Source of the DNA: a virus
Lineage: Duplodnaviria > Caudoviricetes
Reading direction: 5' to 3' (one strand)
IMG/VR virus record: IMGVR_UViG_3300033067_001538
Span: 1-35,964 of that record
Length of the DNA stretch: 35,964 nucleotides
Below are positions 1 to 9,160 of this stretch, one piece after another. A program made the translations under genes and the position numbers. The notes below the pieces were generated by a model. That model made no database searches. It was not told the origin of the DNA and saw nothing but the letters and a program-made list of their open reading frames with translations. Position 1 is the stretch's first letter. The number at the start of each line of letters is the position of its first letter.

Positions 1-10
1 GTCATTTACT

Positions 11-26
11 TGTTTCCCGTGAAACA
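11..26. promoter_or_regulatory. parS: parS-like palindrome (ParB/Spo0J binding site consensus)
   Basis: TGTTTCCCGTGAAACA matches the widespread chromosomal parS consensus TGTTTCACGTGAAACA at 15/16 positions and lies in non-coding DNA. Confidence 0.7.
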
Positions 27-96
27 TTAGGGGAGAAACACTTTCCCCCTTCCGATTTCACGATAACACTATACCCCGAAGGCGCACGGAATACAA

Positions 97-111
97 GTAA
101 CAAATTGTTAC
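97..111. promoter_or_regulatory. operator-like inverted repeat
   Basis: GTAACA-AAT-TGTTAC is a perfect 6-bp inverted repeat with a 3-nt spacer in the non-coding left end. Confidence 0.35.
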
Positions 112-304
112 AGTCTCCGCGCCTTCGCCTCTCCCCGCTCCACTGGCGCTCCGGCTTTCGGCCTCCCCTATGGCCACCCCCCATAGGCCGCGCCCCGTCG
201 GGGGTGTTCGTTTCTCAAAATTTTCTCGGAACTCTATGATCCGTAAATTCGGAATAAGAAGAAAGAAGAAACAAGGAATAGGCCCGGGATTAATATCCAG
301 TCTT

Positions 305-333
305 TTGACACAGGCGGGCGACTGTGATATATC
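305..333 (+). promoter_or_regulatory. sigma70-type promoter of the + strand block
   Basis: Perfect -35 TTGACA (305-310), 17-nt spacer, TG-extended -10 TATATC (328-333), upstream of SD AGGAA and ATG 372. Confidence 0.6.
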
Positions 334-371
334 ATGCGGGCGGAGCGCTTTCCGTTTATAGGAATTCCCGG

Positions 372-941
372 ATGGCTACGCTTTCGGAATTTAAACACGC
401 ACAAAAGGTTCTTGGAGAGAAATCCGAAGCCTTGTCCTTTGCCTGGGACGCGGAAAATGCCGCGAACAGAGTCTTCATCGCTGCTTCAAAAGATCGGCGC
501 GAAGCAGAGATATCCCTCCAAACCGCAGAGGAGACTTACTATAAACTCCTTGCCGATCTCAAGGATAATGGCTTTGAACTGGAAAACCCGGATTCCCCGT
601 GGACTCCGCCGGTTCCGCTTACTGAAGAAATTCTAATTGCAGAATTTCAAAAAGCAAAAGGAAAACTCATGGCTACGATTGAACAGGTTCTTACTGAAGT
701 GCAGGAAACCAACACTGTTGTTGATTCCGTTGTGACGTTTATCGCGTCGCACCGTGCGGAACTCGCTGACCTTCGGGCCCAGCTTGTCGCCGCACAACAA
801 GACCCCGCGAAGCTGGACCAGATTATTTCCGATCTGGATGCCAACCAAGCAAAACTCGCCACGGCGATTGCGACCACCCCGGAAAACCCGAATCCGGCCC
901 CGCCGGTAGTGGAAACCCCGGAGCCGCTTCCGCCGGTCTAA
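372..941 (+). CDS. hypothetical coiled-coil protein with an in-frame internal start at 669 (90-aa product)
   Basis: ORF 324..941; GTG 324 sits inside the promoter, so ATG 372 (SD AGGAA) is preferred. A second in-frame ATG at 669 has SD AAAGGA. Helical heptad-like composition, Pro-rich C-terminus. Confidence 0.75.
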   Translation: MATLSEFKHAQKVLGEKSEALSFAWDAENAANRVFIAASKDRREAEISLQTAEETYYKLLADLKDNGFELENPDSPWTPPVPLTEEILIAEFQKAKGKLMATIEQVLTEVQETNTVVDSVVTFIASHRAELADLRAQLVAAQQDPAKLDQIISDLDANQAKLATAIATTPENPNPAPPVVETPEPLPPV

Positions 942-993
942 AGGCGAAGGGGGCCAAGGGCTATCCCGCTTTCCACCCTTGGCCCCTGCCTTT
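940..993 (+). terminator. GC-rich stem-loop, probable terminator or RNA processing site
   Basis: GGGGCCAAGGG (950-960) pairs with CCCTTGGCCCC (976-986), extended by AAAGGC/GCCTTT, immediately after stop 941. The U-tract is short. Confidence 0.55.
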
Positions 994-1038
994 GCGTATA
1001 TAATATAGCGTCTTACCGTATCGTTTATTGGAATTATC

Positions 1039-1500
1039 ATGGCTCGGTTTAAAACTTTTACCGTCACTCCAGTAATGGATACGGCTATTTACGCGAACAA
1101 CGATGTAGCGTTTGTTCCGATTAAAGTTTCTGATTTTTGGGACGCACCGCTTACCGCGAACCTTCTGACTTCCGTTTGTGTTTTGGACAAAGCGGTCCAA
1201 TCGGTCGCGATTGACCTTTTGTTCCTACGGTCAAATGTAACACTCGGAGCGCTTAACGGTGTAGCATCCATCTCCGACACCGACGCGGAACAAATCGCTG
1301 GAATGCAATCTATTCTTGCCGCAGATTATAAATCCCACGTCAACTCTTCTTTCGCCTGTGTCGGAAATATCTGGAAAACTCTTCTCGCCGGTTCCGCCTC
1401 CCCCGATCTTTGGCTTGCCGGCATGATCCGTTCCGGTACTCCAACCTACGCCGCTAATTCCCTGATTATTGAAATCGGCGTGCAACGCCCCGGAGCGTAA
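1039..1500 (+). CDS. hypothetical protein, possibly a beta-rich virion protein
   Basis: 153-aa ORF with ATG start, GGAA upstream, and alternating hydrophobic beta-strand pattern. Confidence 0.75.
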   Translation: MARFKTFTVTPVMDTAIYANNDVAFVPIKVSDFWDAPLTANLLTSVCVLDKAVQSVAIDLLFLRSNVTLGALNGVASISDTDAEQIAGMQSILAADYKSHVNSSFACVGNIWKTLLAGSASPDLWLAGMIRSGTPTYAANSLIIEIGVQRPGA

Positions 1501-1501
1501 C

Positions 1502-2224
1502 TTGTCTCTCGATTTCTCACTAATCGGCCTGCCGGATACTAAGAAAAACTCTGTAGAGTTTGCGGAAATCCGCGCCATTCGTGATGATGAAGTTGATTTT
1601 CTCCAACATCTTCCGCCCCGGCCGTCTGGGAAAAACGGAGCGGGCTTGACTCAAATCCGCGACCGGCACCACTGGATCGCGCGACTCGTGGCCGAAGGCG
1701 AGGACGATGTTGGAATCTCCGCAGTAACCGGGATTTCACTCTCCCGGCTTCAAATGCTTCGCCCTGATCCGGCGTTTCAAGAACTAGTCTCTCACTATTC
1801 CGCTACAAACAAAACCTACCAACTTGATCTTCTTGGTAGGCTTTCGGCTCTGTCCGGAATTGCGGTTGAGCTTCTTCTTGAAAGAATGGAGGAAGACCCG
1901 TCTCAGTTTTCTAATAAAGAACTTCGAGAACTTCTCCAAGTCTCCGCCGATCGCACCGGGCACGGCCCGTCTTCAACTGTTAAGGTAGCCCAATTCAATG
2001 GTCTCGATTATCTCAAAGCCCTCCGCGACGAAGTCAGAAATGCTTCCGCCGGAAGCGTCATTCCACGAGAGGAGAGCCCCTCGGGCAGTCCGCAACTTAT
2101 CGAAGGCGAATTGGTGCCAGACTCCTCCGTTCGTGCGGACTCCGAGAACCCGAGGCTCGAAAGCCCAAGGCCGGAGATACGAGAAACTTCTGGCCAAGCA
2201 TCTGTCACAAGTCTTCGGCCCTAG
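1502..2224 (+). CDS. HTH protein, putative terminase small subunit
   Basis: HTH-like segment RHHWIARLVAEG...ISAVTGISLSRLQML followed by helices; lies upstream of terL. TTG 1502 with SD GGAG is preferred over 1469. Function is inferred from architecture and position. Confidence 0.6.
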   Translation: MSLDFSLIGLPDTKKNSVEFAEIRAIRDDEVDFLQHLPPRPSGKNGAGLTQIRDRHHWIARLVAEGEDDVGISAVTGISLSRLQMLRPDPAFQELVSHYSATNKTYQLDLLGRLSALSGIAVELLLERMEEDPSQFSNKELRELLQVSADRTGHGPSSTVKVAQFNGLDYLKALRDEVRNASAGSVIPREESPSGSPQLIEGELVPDSSVRADSENPRLESPRPEIRETSGQASVTSLRP

Positions 2225-2543
2225 TAATGTAAAACACGGCCCGTGGATTGAATACGACGCGGACGGCAAAACCAATCACTACGCGCAACCTGATATGATT
2301 ATTCGGTTGCCTACTGGAGGGATTATAATTGTTGAAGCAAAACTCACCCAGACTCTCGAAGGTCAGGCCCAGCTTCGACTACTTTACTTGCCTCTTGTAC
2401 GGTATATTTATCCTGATTCTCGTATTTGGCTTTTGAATGTTTATAAAAATATTGTGCTTCCGTCTAAGTGGGAAATCTCCGGGCTGACTGATATTCCAAC
2501 CTACCCTCAAGAAGAAGTTCTTGATTATCACTGGATTCCATAA
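2040..2543 (+). CDS. PD-(D/E)XK family nuclease
   Basis: Motif series YE...QPDMII...IIVEAKL...QL..Y. Start uncertain (1998 or ATG 2040); overlaps the previous gene. Confidence 0.7.
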   Translation: MLPPEASFHERRAPRAVRNLSKANWCQTPPFVRTPRTRGSKAQGRRYEKLLAKHLSQVFGPSNVKHGPWIEYDADGKTNHYAQPDMIIRLPTGGIIIVEAKLTQTLEGQAQLRLLYLPLVRYIYPDSRIWLLNVYKNIVLPSKWEISGLTDIPTYPQEEVLDYHWIP

Positions 2544-2545
2544 TC

Positions 2546-3226
2546 ATGCCGCCAAACGATAGACTTGAATCTAGATTTCCGTTTCTAGACAAACTGAAAG
2601 AAGCTCCGGGCAATATCCGAGACGCGACTGGAAGAGTCACGCGGGATGGAATGATCGAAGCGTTTAAAGCCATGCAAGCGCAATCCGCGCGCGCGGCGCA
2701 GAACTATAATCCGCTTTCCCGTCCTGGTTACAATCCCCCGCCATTCAATCCGCTTGATACTCTTCAAGCTATGAGTGCGTATATATTCCCCGCTGCCACA
2801 CGGCAAAGTGCGGCGGACAGTGCGGCCCGTTCCACGATGGGAGATTATACCCGTTACGGAACACAACTAGGTCGCCGAGAATCTCCTTTGAATTCTCCGG
2901 GGTATTCGGATATCGTTCTTGATGCTATGACCAAAGCCGCAGATGGCGCGCGCGGCTCGTATGACCGGGGAATGTTGGCGATCGGGGTAAACCCAATAAC
3001 CGGACGAGCCGCGGAACGCCAACCCGAAACCCAATACGTTAATCCTGATACTTCCAGTATTCCGGTAGCCCAAACCGCTTCTGTTCAGCAGAAACTTTCC
3101 CCTCGTGCTATTCTCGAAGCCCTTGGCATGGCGCTTCCGCCAAAGGATGATTTCAAAGACACCGGACTTAATCGCAATTCTCCCGGCCCGGCTCAGGGCA
3201 AATACTCAGAACCCCGGAGCAAGTAA
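2546..3226 (+). CDS. hypothetical protein, candidate internal virion protein
   Basis: 226-aa ORF starting 2 nt after the previous stop; contains LSPRAILEALGM near the C-terminus. Confidence 0.75.
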   Translation: MPPNDRLESRFPFLDKLKEAPGNIRDATGRVTRDGMIEAFKAMQAQSARAAQNYNPLSRPGYNPPPFNPLDTLQAMSAYIFPAATRQSAADSAARSTMGDYTRYGTQLGRRESPLNSPGYSDIVLDAMTKAADGARGSYDRGMLAIGVNPITGRAAERQPETQYVNPDTSSIPVAQTASVQQKLSPRAILEALGMALPPKDDFKDTGLNRNSPGPAQGKYSEPRSK

Positions 3227-3228
3227 CC

Positions 3229-4092
3229 ATGCCGCCTGTCCCCCGGAATCTTAATCCTATTCTCCAAGAACTTGGAATCACCCGCGATCTTCCCGAAGCG
3301 GTGACAGTTCCGGGTGTTTTGCAAGACGCGGTTGGTACGCCAAATTTTGATAAACAACCTTACGCCCGGCCTGATGCGAGCGAAATGGTTTATGGAATTG
3401 AAGATATCATTAATCTTCTAGCTTCTCGCCAATACCCGGATATCGAAGCATCCCTGATGAAAGGGCTCGATGACGAACTATTCCAACAATACGGTTCTAA
3501 GTTTCCGGCCAATCTTGAAGGCATGGCCCAGCTCCGTTGGAATGCGGAAGACTCCGGAAACATTGACGACTATATGTCCGCTCTTAGCGATCAGGCTATG
3601 GGTGCCGGCCCGGAGGCACAACTCGCCGATCTTCTCGGAGCGGTAGGGTCTATGCGGCATCGGGGAAATGAACTCACCGATCTAGAACCTATTCTTCGAT
3701 ATATCATGTCAGAGTCTCAAAATCAGCTCGGAACAGAGTCCGGCAGATTGGAAAGGCTTTTGAATAACATTTTGACTAAAGCCGATCCATCTATGGCTGA
3801 TCCGCCTAGTTACCCCGGTGCCACAAACATGGCGGATAATCTTACAGATATGTCCGGCGTTCCGACACAAATGCAAGTTCCGCTCGGAGCTACACTTGAA
3901 GGCCGAATGGCGGATCAACCGCCCCAAGATGAAAACGCGGTTCTTATGGCTTTAGCCAATAACGCAGACAATCGTGGACTTCCACCCACTCTCGAAAACG
4001 CCAAATCCGAGGCCGATCTAATTGCCATGCTTATGGAAATGATTGGATACAACAAGCCGCAGTTTAATCTCGATCCTAATGACTTCAACTGA
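3229..4092 (+). CDS. acidic hypothetical protein with N-terminal NLNPILQELGI motif, candidate internal virion protein
   Basis: 287-aa D/E/M-rich ORF tightly packed between neighbours. Confidence 0.8.
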   Translation: MPPVPRNLNPILQELGITRDLPEAVTVPGVLQDAVGTPNFDKQPYARPDASEMVYGIEDIINLLASRQYPDIEASLMKGLDDELFQQYGSKFPANLEGMAQLRWNAEDSGNIDDYMSALSDQAMGAGPEAQLADLLGAVGSMRHRGNELTDLEPILRYIMSESQNQLGTESGRLERLLNNILTKADPSMADPPSYPGATNMADNLTDMSGVPTQMQVPLGATLEGRMADQPPQDENAVLMALANNADNRGLPPTLENAKSEADLIAMLMEMIGYNKPQFNLDPNDFN

Positions 4093-5755
4093 TTCTTCCG
4101 AACTTTCTGAACTCCAGAAAGAGTTCATGTCTCGGTGGTATGCCGATCCCCCGCGATTTTGTCGGGAGGTTCTGCCGCACTGGTTTTCTAAACCGATGCC
4201 CTGGGTTCACCGGGGAATTCTAGCTATCCGTCTGCGCCGGGCGGATTTTCTCCTAAACTTTGGTGAAGAAATCTGGCCAGACGGCACCATCCATCGGTGG
4301 ACGAAAAAGGACCTAGCTAAACTCGTTCGATGCTTCCGGGCACCAATTGATCCTACTGATCCAAACTCCCCGACCGAACCAATCTTCCGAGTAACTTATG
4401 CCGAGGACGGGCGGAAGCCGATCGGTATTCAAATGAAACTCGGCCAGCACGTTTTGCTTATTATGCCTCGGGGGTTTTCCAAAACCACCCTGATGAACGC
4501 TTGCCAGTTGATTGATATTCTCTATCTCCACGTTCCGCTTAGTGTCTATATCTCCGACACCGGGCCTATGGCCAAGCAACAAGTAGATACTATTTCTCGA
4601 GAACTAGAAAACAATGTTCGGATTAGAGAAGTATTTGGGAACTTGGTTCCAAAACGGAATGAATCGGAAGTCTGGACTGCGGATGAAATTGAAACCAAAA
4701 CTGGAATCACTCTTATCGCCAAAGGCTCTGGCGCACAAATCCGTGGTATCAACAAAGCCGCTGAACGCCCCGGGCAAGTAACCTTTGATGATATCGAGAA
4801 TCTCGAAAACACCGGCACAATCGAACAGCGAGAAAAACTCCGTAATTGGTATTTCAAAGACGCGGAGCCGATTCTGCCTAAGATCAAAGGCGAAGGGCAT
4901 ATTCTAATTCTCGGAACTATAATCCATTCCGAGATGTTGCTGCTTAAGCTCGCGACCGATCCTCGGTTTACGGTTATTCGATTTGGCGCGATCGACCCAG
5001 AAGGCGAGGCTCTCTGGGATTCGTATATGTCCCTGCAAAAAATCGAAGCCGAGCGGCAACGCTATGCTAATCTTGGCCGCCTGTCCGATTTCTATTCCGA
5101 ATATATGTCCGAACTCCGGAATGATGAGTCGGCCAAATTCCGGGCGGATATGTTCACGTACCAAGCCCGCAGCCTAACCGATTGCGTTGCGCGAGCCCTT
5201 GCCCTAGACCCCGCAATCTCTAACGAAAAAGGCCGCGATCTTTCCGCGTTCGCTATTGTTGGCATGACCGAAAACGGAATGCTGCATATCTACGAACACT
5301 GGATGAAACTTGGCGCCAACCCTCGGGAACTTATAAACAAACTCTTCGAACTCAAAATCACATACAAAGCAACACATGTCGGAATTGAAGGTGTCGCGTA
5401 TCAAGCTGCGCTTATTCACCTGGTCCAAGAAGAAATGTGGCGTAAGTCTAAAGACTTTGGCCCCGAAGCCTATTTCGAGGTTACAAAGCTAATGCCAGGA
5501 AAAACCCGTAAAGACGAACGGGTTGAAGGGATTCTAGTCCCTCGGTATACTGCCCGAGTTATTTCTCACCAAAGAGCTTTTCCCCAATACGAGGCCCAAC
5601 TTTTGGATTGGCCAAAGGGCAAAAAAGACGGACCGGACGTTGTGGCTATGGCGATATCAATGCTTGATCCATACGCTCCCTTTGCATTAGAAGACCCTTC
5701 TGCTATACTCAATGATCAATATGAACCTCTTGTTTATTCCGGTGGTGCCCCGTAA
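4079..5755 (+). CDS. terL: terminase large subunit
   Basis: Walker A MPRGFSKTT, Walker B VTFDDIE, coupling motif LGT, RNase H-like nuclease ALDPAIS...DGPD; directly precedes the portal. Start 4079 (or 4043). Confidence 0.93.
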   Translation: MTSTDSSELSELQKEFMSRWYADPPRFCREVLPHWFSKPMPWVHRGILAIRLRRADFLLNFGEEIWPDGTIHRWTKKDLAKLVRCFRAPIDPTDPNSPTEPIFRVTYAEDGRKPIGIQMKLGQHVLLIMPRGFSKTTLMNACQLIDILYLHVPLSVYISDTGPMAKQQVDTISRELENNVRIREVFGNLVPKRNESEVWTADEIETKTGITLIAKGSGAQIRGINKAAERPGQVTFDDIENLENTGTIEQREKLRNWYFKDAEPILPKIKGEGHILILGTIIHSEMLLLKLATDPRFTVIRFGAIDPEGEALWDSYMSLQKIEAERQRYANLGRLSDFYSEYMSELRNDESAKFRADMFTYQARSLTDCVARALALDPAISNEKGRDLSAFAIVGMTENGMLHIYEHWMKLGANPRELINKLFELKITYKATHVGIEGVAYQAALIHLVQEEMWRKSKDFGPEAYFEVTKLMPGKTRKDERVEGILVPRYTARVISHQRAFPQYEAQLLDWPKGKKDGPDVVAMAISMLDPYAPFALEDPSAILNDQYEPLVYSGGAP

Positions 5756-7722
5756 TGTCTAAACTTCATGATGGAACTCCGCTGGATTCCAAGATTAAAA
5801 TTGATGAAAACGCGGAACCGATTGCCCGGCTAACACCCGGTTCGGACCATCATGCGTTTGTTCTTGAATATCTCCGTAAACGAATCAAGGCTTCCGAGGA
5901 TCAAATGTCCCGGAACTACGATCGGTGGAATATTGCCGAACGCAAACACCAAGCGTATATGAATCTTCCGAACCGGGAAAAGATTCTAAAAGACATGAAC
6001 GATCGGGGGCTTCCGCCGCAACCGACGATTATTATCTTTCCATACCAATACGCCGTAACCTCGACAATTGTTACATATCTTACTCGTCTTTTCTGCGCGC
6101 GGAAACCTATCTTTCCGCTTGGCGCTACCAACATGCTTTCCTCTCAAAATGTGAAAGCGATGGAAACCGCGCTGCAATACAATGCAGATCACGCGAGACT
6201 TGTGCGGACCTTGTTCCAGCTTTTCCTCGACGGGGAAATGTATGGGCTGGGGATTACGCGCCAAAACTGGACGGAAGAATACAACTACCGTCCGACCTGG
6301 CGCGAGACTTCTCCGCTGGAAAAACTTCAAGGCGCGACTGCGAGATTTCAGCGAACCTCCCAACTTACCCGTACTTATTCGGGTAATTCCGTCACCAACA
6401 TCGACCCGTTTATGTTCTTCCCTGATCCCAATGTGCCGATGGCCCTTTGTGCGGAAAAAGGTGAGTTTGTTTTCTGGCGGGATTTCATCGGTAAGCACAT
6501 TCTTCTCCAGGAAGAAACCTATGGCACTGTTCGTTATATCTCCAATATCCCGGACGCTATTCCCACTGGCGGAAGTCATAACTGGTACAATCTTTCAGTT
6601 CGGAATTTGCTAACCAAAGGCGATTCGCATGCGGGCGGCGGGGCTCGGGGCGATGCGCTAAACACCCGTGCCTATATGATTGACCAAGGATCGGTGGAGA
6701 TTATTCCCTCCGAACTTGGACTTGGCCTCGAAGAGCGTCCGGTGAAATATCTTTTCACCATCGCAAACCAACAACAAATTATCCAAGCGCAACCGCTTAA
6801 CATGGATCATGGCCGGCATCCTATTGCGGTTGCTGAACCCTATACCATGGGTTATGGTTTTTCCCAACCAAGTCTTTCAGACTACATCGGCCCGATCCAA
6901 GATATTGTTTCGTGGTTCCTAGACTCGCACATTTATAATGTTCGCGCGTCGCTGAATAATATGTTCCTTGTCGATCCGTCCAAGGTCGAAATGCAGGATG
7001 TTCTTAATCCTAATCCGGGAAAGATCATCCGGCTTAAGCCCACTGCGATCGGAACAGACGTTCGGACTGTGATGCAGCAACTTCCGGTTTCCGACGTAAC
7101 CCGCGCGCACGTCGCGGACATGGATGCGTTTATTCGCATCGGGGACACGGTCTCTGCAGTTAACGATAACCTTCGTGGTATGCAAGAAACCGGCGGAAGA
7201 AAAACCGCGACGGAGGTTAGGGTCACGGGCGACTCCGCGTCTACCCGTCTCGCCGCACACGGTCATCTTATTTCCGAACAATACATGACCGAACTCGCAC
7301 GTCAGATGATGTTAAACATTCAACAAAATCAAGACGAAGAATTTTCTATGATGATTTCTGGCGGGGAATGGCAATCCGTCACCCCGATGGGATTGTCGGG
7401 CGATTTCTTGTATCAAGTTTCCGACGGTTCGCTTCCGATTGATAAAGTCGCGCAGCTGGAAGTTTGGAAGGAGATTCTCCAAGGTGTGGCCCAAGATCAG
7501 GAACTCAGAGCTAGCTATTCCCTTCCAGCCATTTTCGAGTGGGTGGCTTCGGAACTTGGCGGAGCGCCAAATATTAAATCTTTCCGTCGGCAACCAACCC
7601 CCACAGTGCCCGGAGCTCCCGCAGGAATTCCACAAATCCAGCCAGATATCCAAAACCCTCAACAAATAGAAGCCGGGGTTCGGTCTGGTCAACTTGCTCC
7701 AGTTAATGGAAACTTCCAATGA
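5755..7722 (+). CDS. portal (head-tail connector) protein
   Basis: 655 aa after terL; IDPFMFFPDP and RKTATEV motifs typical of podovirus portals; TAATG coupling. Confidence 0.88.
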   Translation: MSKLHDGTPLDSKIKIDENAEPIARLTPGSDHHAFVLEYLRKRIKASEDQMSRNYDRWNIAERKHQAYMNLPNREKILKDMNDRGLPPQPTIIIFPYQYAVTSTIVTYLTRLFCARKPIFPLGATNMLSSQNVKAMETALQYNADHARLVRTLFQLFLDGEMYGLGITRQNWTEEYNYRPTWRETSPLEKLQGATARFQRTSQLTRTYSGNSVTNIDPFMFFPDPNVPMALCAEKGEFVFWRDFIGKHILLQEETYGTVRYISNIPDAIPTGGSHNWYNLSVRNLLTKGDSHAGGGARGDALNTRAYMIDQGSVEIIPSELGLGLEERPVKYLFTIANQQQIIQAQPLNMDHGRHPIAVAEPYTMGYGFSQPSLSDYIGPIQDIVSWFLDSHIYNVRASLNNMFLVDPSKVEMQDVLNPNPGKIIRLKPTAIGTDVRTVMQQLPVSDVTRAHVADMDAFIRIGDTVSAVNDNLRGMQETGGRKTATEVRVTGDSASTRLAAHGHLISEQYMTELARQMMLNIQQNQDEEFSMMISGGEWQSVTPMGLSGDFLYQVSDGSLPIDKVAQLEVWKEILQGVAQDQELRASYSLPAIFEWVASELGGAPNIKSFRRQPTPTVPGAPAGIPQIQPDIQNPQQIEAGVRSGQLAPVNGNFQ

Positions 7723-8051
7723 CAAGTGATGATCCGATTCTTACACCACTTATCAATCTGGTCAATGCTACCCCCGATCCAGATGATTCCACAATGGAGA
7801 TTGTGGTTTATAAATTTCGTGAAGACCCGGTGCTTCTTGGCTTTTTGAAAGTTATTCAAAATACCGCCAAGGCCAAAGCCTGGGAAATCACCAATATGGA
7901 CCTATCCGATCCGAAGACTTTGTCTCTGGCGATTAAACTCCAAGGCGAGGTACAAGGTACTAAGGTATTCCTAGAAACGCTCACGCGCTGGGATGCTGAG
8001 ATTATTAACAAGCGTGAGAAAGAAGAACAGGAAAGAAATTCAGATGGATGA
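7719..8051 (+). CDS. small hypothetical protein between portal and scaffold
   Basis: 110-aa helical ORF with ATGA overlap; position is typical of podovirus head modules. Confidence 0.75.
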   Translation: MTSDDPILTPLINLVNATPDPDDSTMEIVVYKFREDPVLLGFLKVIQNTAKAKAWEITNMDLSDPKTLSLAIKLQGEVQGTKVFLETLTRWDAEIINKREKEEQERNSDG

Positions 8052-9141
8052 AACTATTAACAACGGTCCGGGTGGCCCGAGTTTTGACAATCCGCAAACG
8101 TCTACTGCGCCGGATGATTCTAATTCTTCCGGTCAGGGGCATCAGGGTAATTTTTCCCCGCCGCCCGCTCCGGTTCAAAACACTCCGGATTATTCCAATG
8201 ATCCGCTGAGTGCGGATCAGATTCGCGATATTCTGCACTTCGATCCGGTCGAAGCGCTTGCGAATATGAAAAAGAACCAAGCCCCGGCGCAACCTAAACC
8301 CCCAGCGCAAGCACAACAAACTCCGCAGAATCAAAACCAAAACCAAAATCCACAACAAACCCCACCCACTCAAACTCCGCAAAATCAACAAGCCCCGGCG
8401 CAACCTGCTCCCGCTGATCCGGTCCAAGCCCAGCTTGCGGCTCTGACTCAACTTACCCAACAACTGGCCCAATCCCAACAACAACAACAACCCCAAAACC
8501 AACAACCACAAAACCAACCGCCTGCCGGTCCCTCGCGAATCTTCAACACCCAGCTTCCGCCTGAAGTTTTTGCGGCACTTGAATCCGACGACATCAACAC
8601 CCGTCGAGCGGCGATGAACGAAACCTTCAACGGTTTTGCTAATCTCGTATTCAACACAATGGGACAATATCTTTCCCAACAAGTAGTCCCCGCACTTCGC
8701 CAAGAAATGCAGCAAACCTACCACGTTCAATCTCAAGCCCAAACCACCCAAGAAAAATTCTACTCTGCAAATCCCAACCTTAACAATCCCTATATCCGTC
8801 CTATCGTTCAACAAATTGCAACGGAAGTTCTTGCGGAACAACAAGCCGCCGGCACCTTCCGAGGATTCGACGATGCGTTTAATCAAGCGGTGGCGGAAAA
8901 GACTTATGCACTTACCGCGATCCCTCGGACTGCTGCTCCTGGGAATTCTCAGCCTCCTGTTGCTCCCGTTTCTGGACAACCGGGACAACCTGTGATACAA
9001 GCACAAACTAATCCTCCTGTTCAAGTTCCGGGGCGTAATACCAACGCTCCATTCTTTACAGGGCAAGGGGCTCGCCCGCCGGTGGCTCCGAATAATTTAT
9101 CGGCGGAAATTACCGACACTCTCGGCATTGTCCGGCATTAA
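8044..9141 (+). CDS. capsid scaffolding protein
   Basis: Q/P/N-rich low-complexity ORF with a central helical region, immediately upstream of the capsid gene; ATG 8044 with GGAAAG upstream. Confidence 0.8.
   Translation: MDETINNGPGGPSFDNPQTSTAPDDSNSSGQGHQGNFSPPPAPVQNTPDYSNDPLSADQIRDILHFDPVEALANMKKNQAPAQPKPPAQAQQTPQNQNQNQNPQQTPPTQTPQNQQAPAQPAPADPVQAQLAALTQLTQQLAQSQQQQQPQNQQPQNQPPAGPSRIFNTQLPPEVFAALESDDINTRRAAMNETFNGFANLVFNTMGQYLSQQVVPALRQEMQQTYHVQSQAQTTQEKFYSANPNLNNPYIRPIVQQIATEVLAEQQAAGTFRGFDDAFNQAVAEKTYALTAIPRTAAPGNSQPPVAPVSGQPGQPVIQAQTNPPVQVPGRNTNAPFFTGQGARPPVAPNNLSAEITDTLGIVRH
8278..8406 (+). repeat. 18-bp direct repeat within a CAA-rich low-complexity tract
   Basis: CAAGCCCCGGCGCAACCT at 8278-8295 and 8389-8406 (QAPAQP twice), flanking QN repeats. 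Confidence 0.8.
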
Positions 9142-9160
9142 TTTTATTTGGAGTAAAACT

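Noticed and set aside
999-1004. TATAAT upstream of ORF 1039
   Set aside because: No properly spaced -35 or TG extension; insufficient alone to call a promoter.
8005-9066. 353-aa minus-strand ORF
   Set aside because: Antisense shadow of the low-complexity scaffold gene; no motif or SD.
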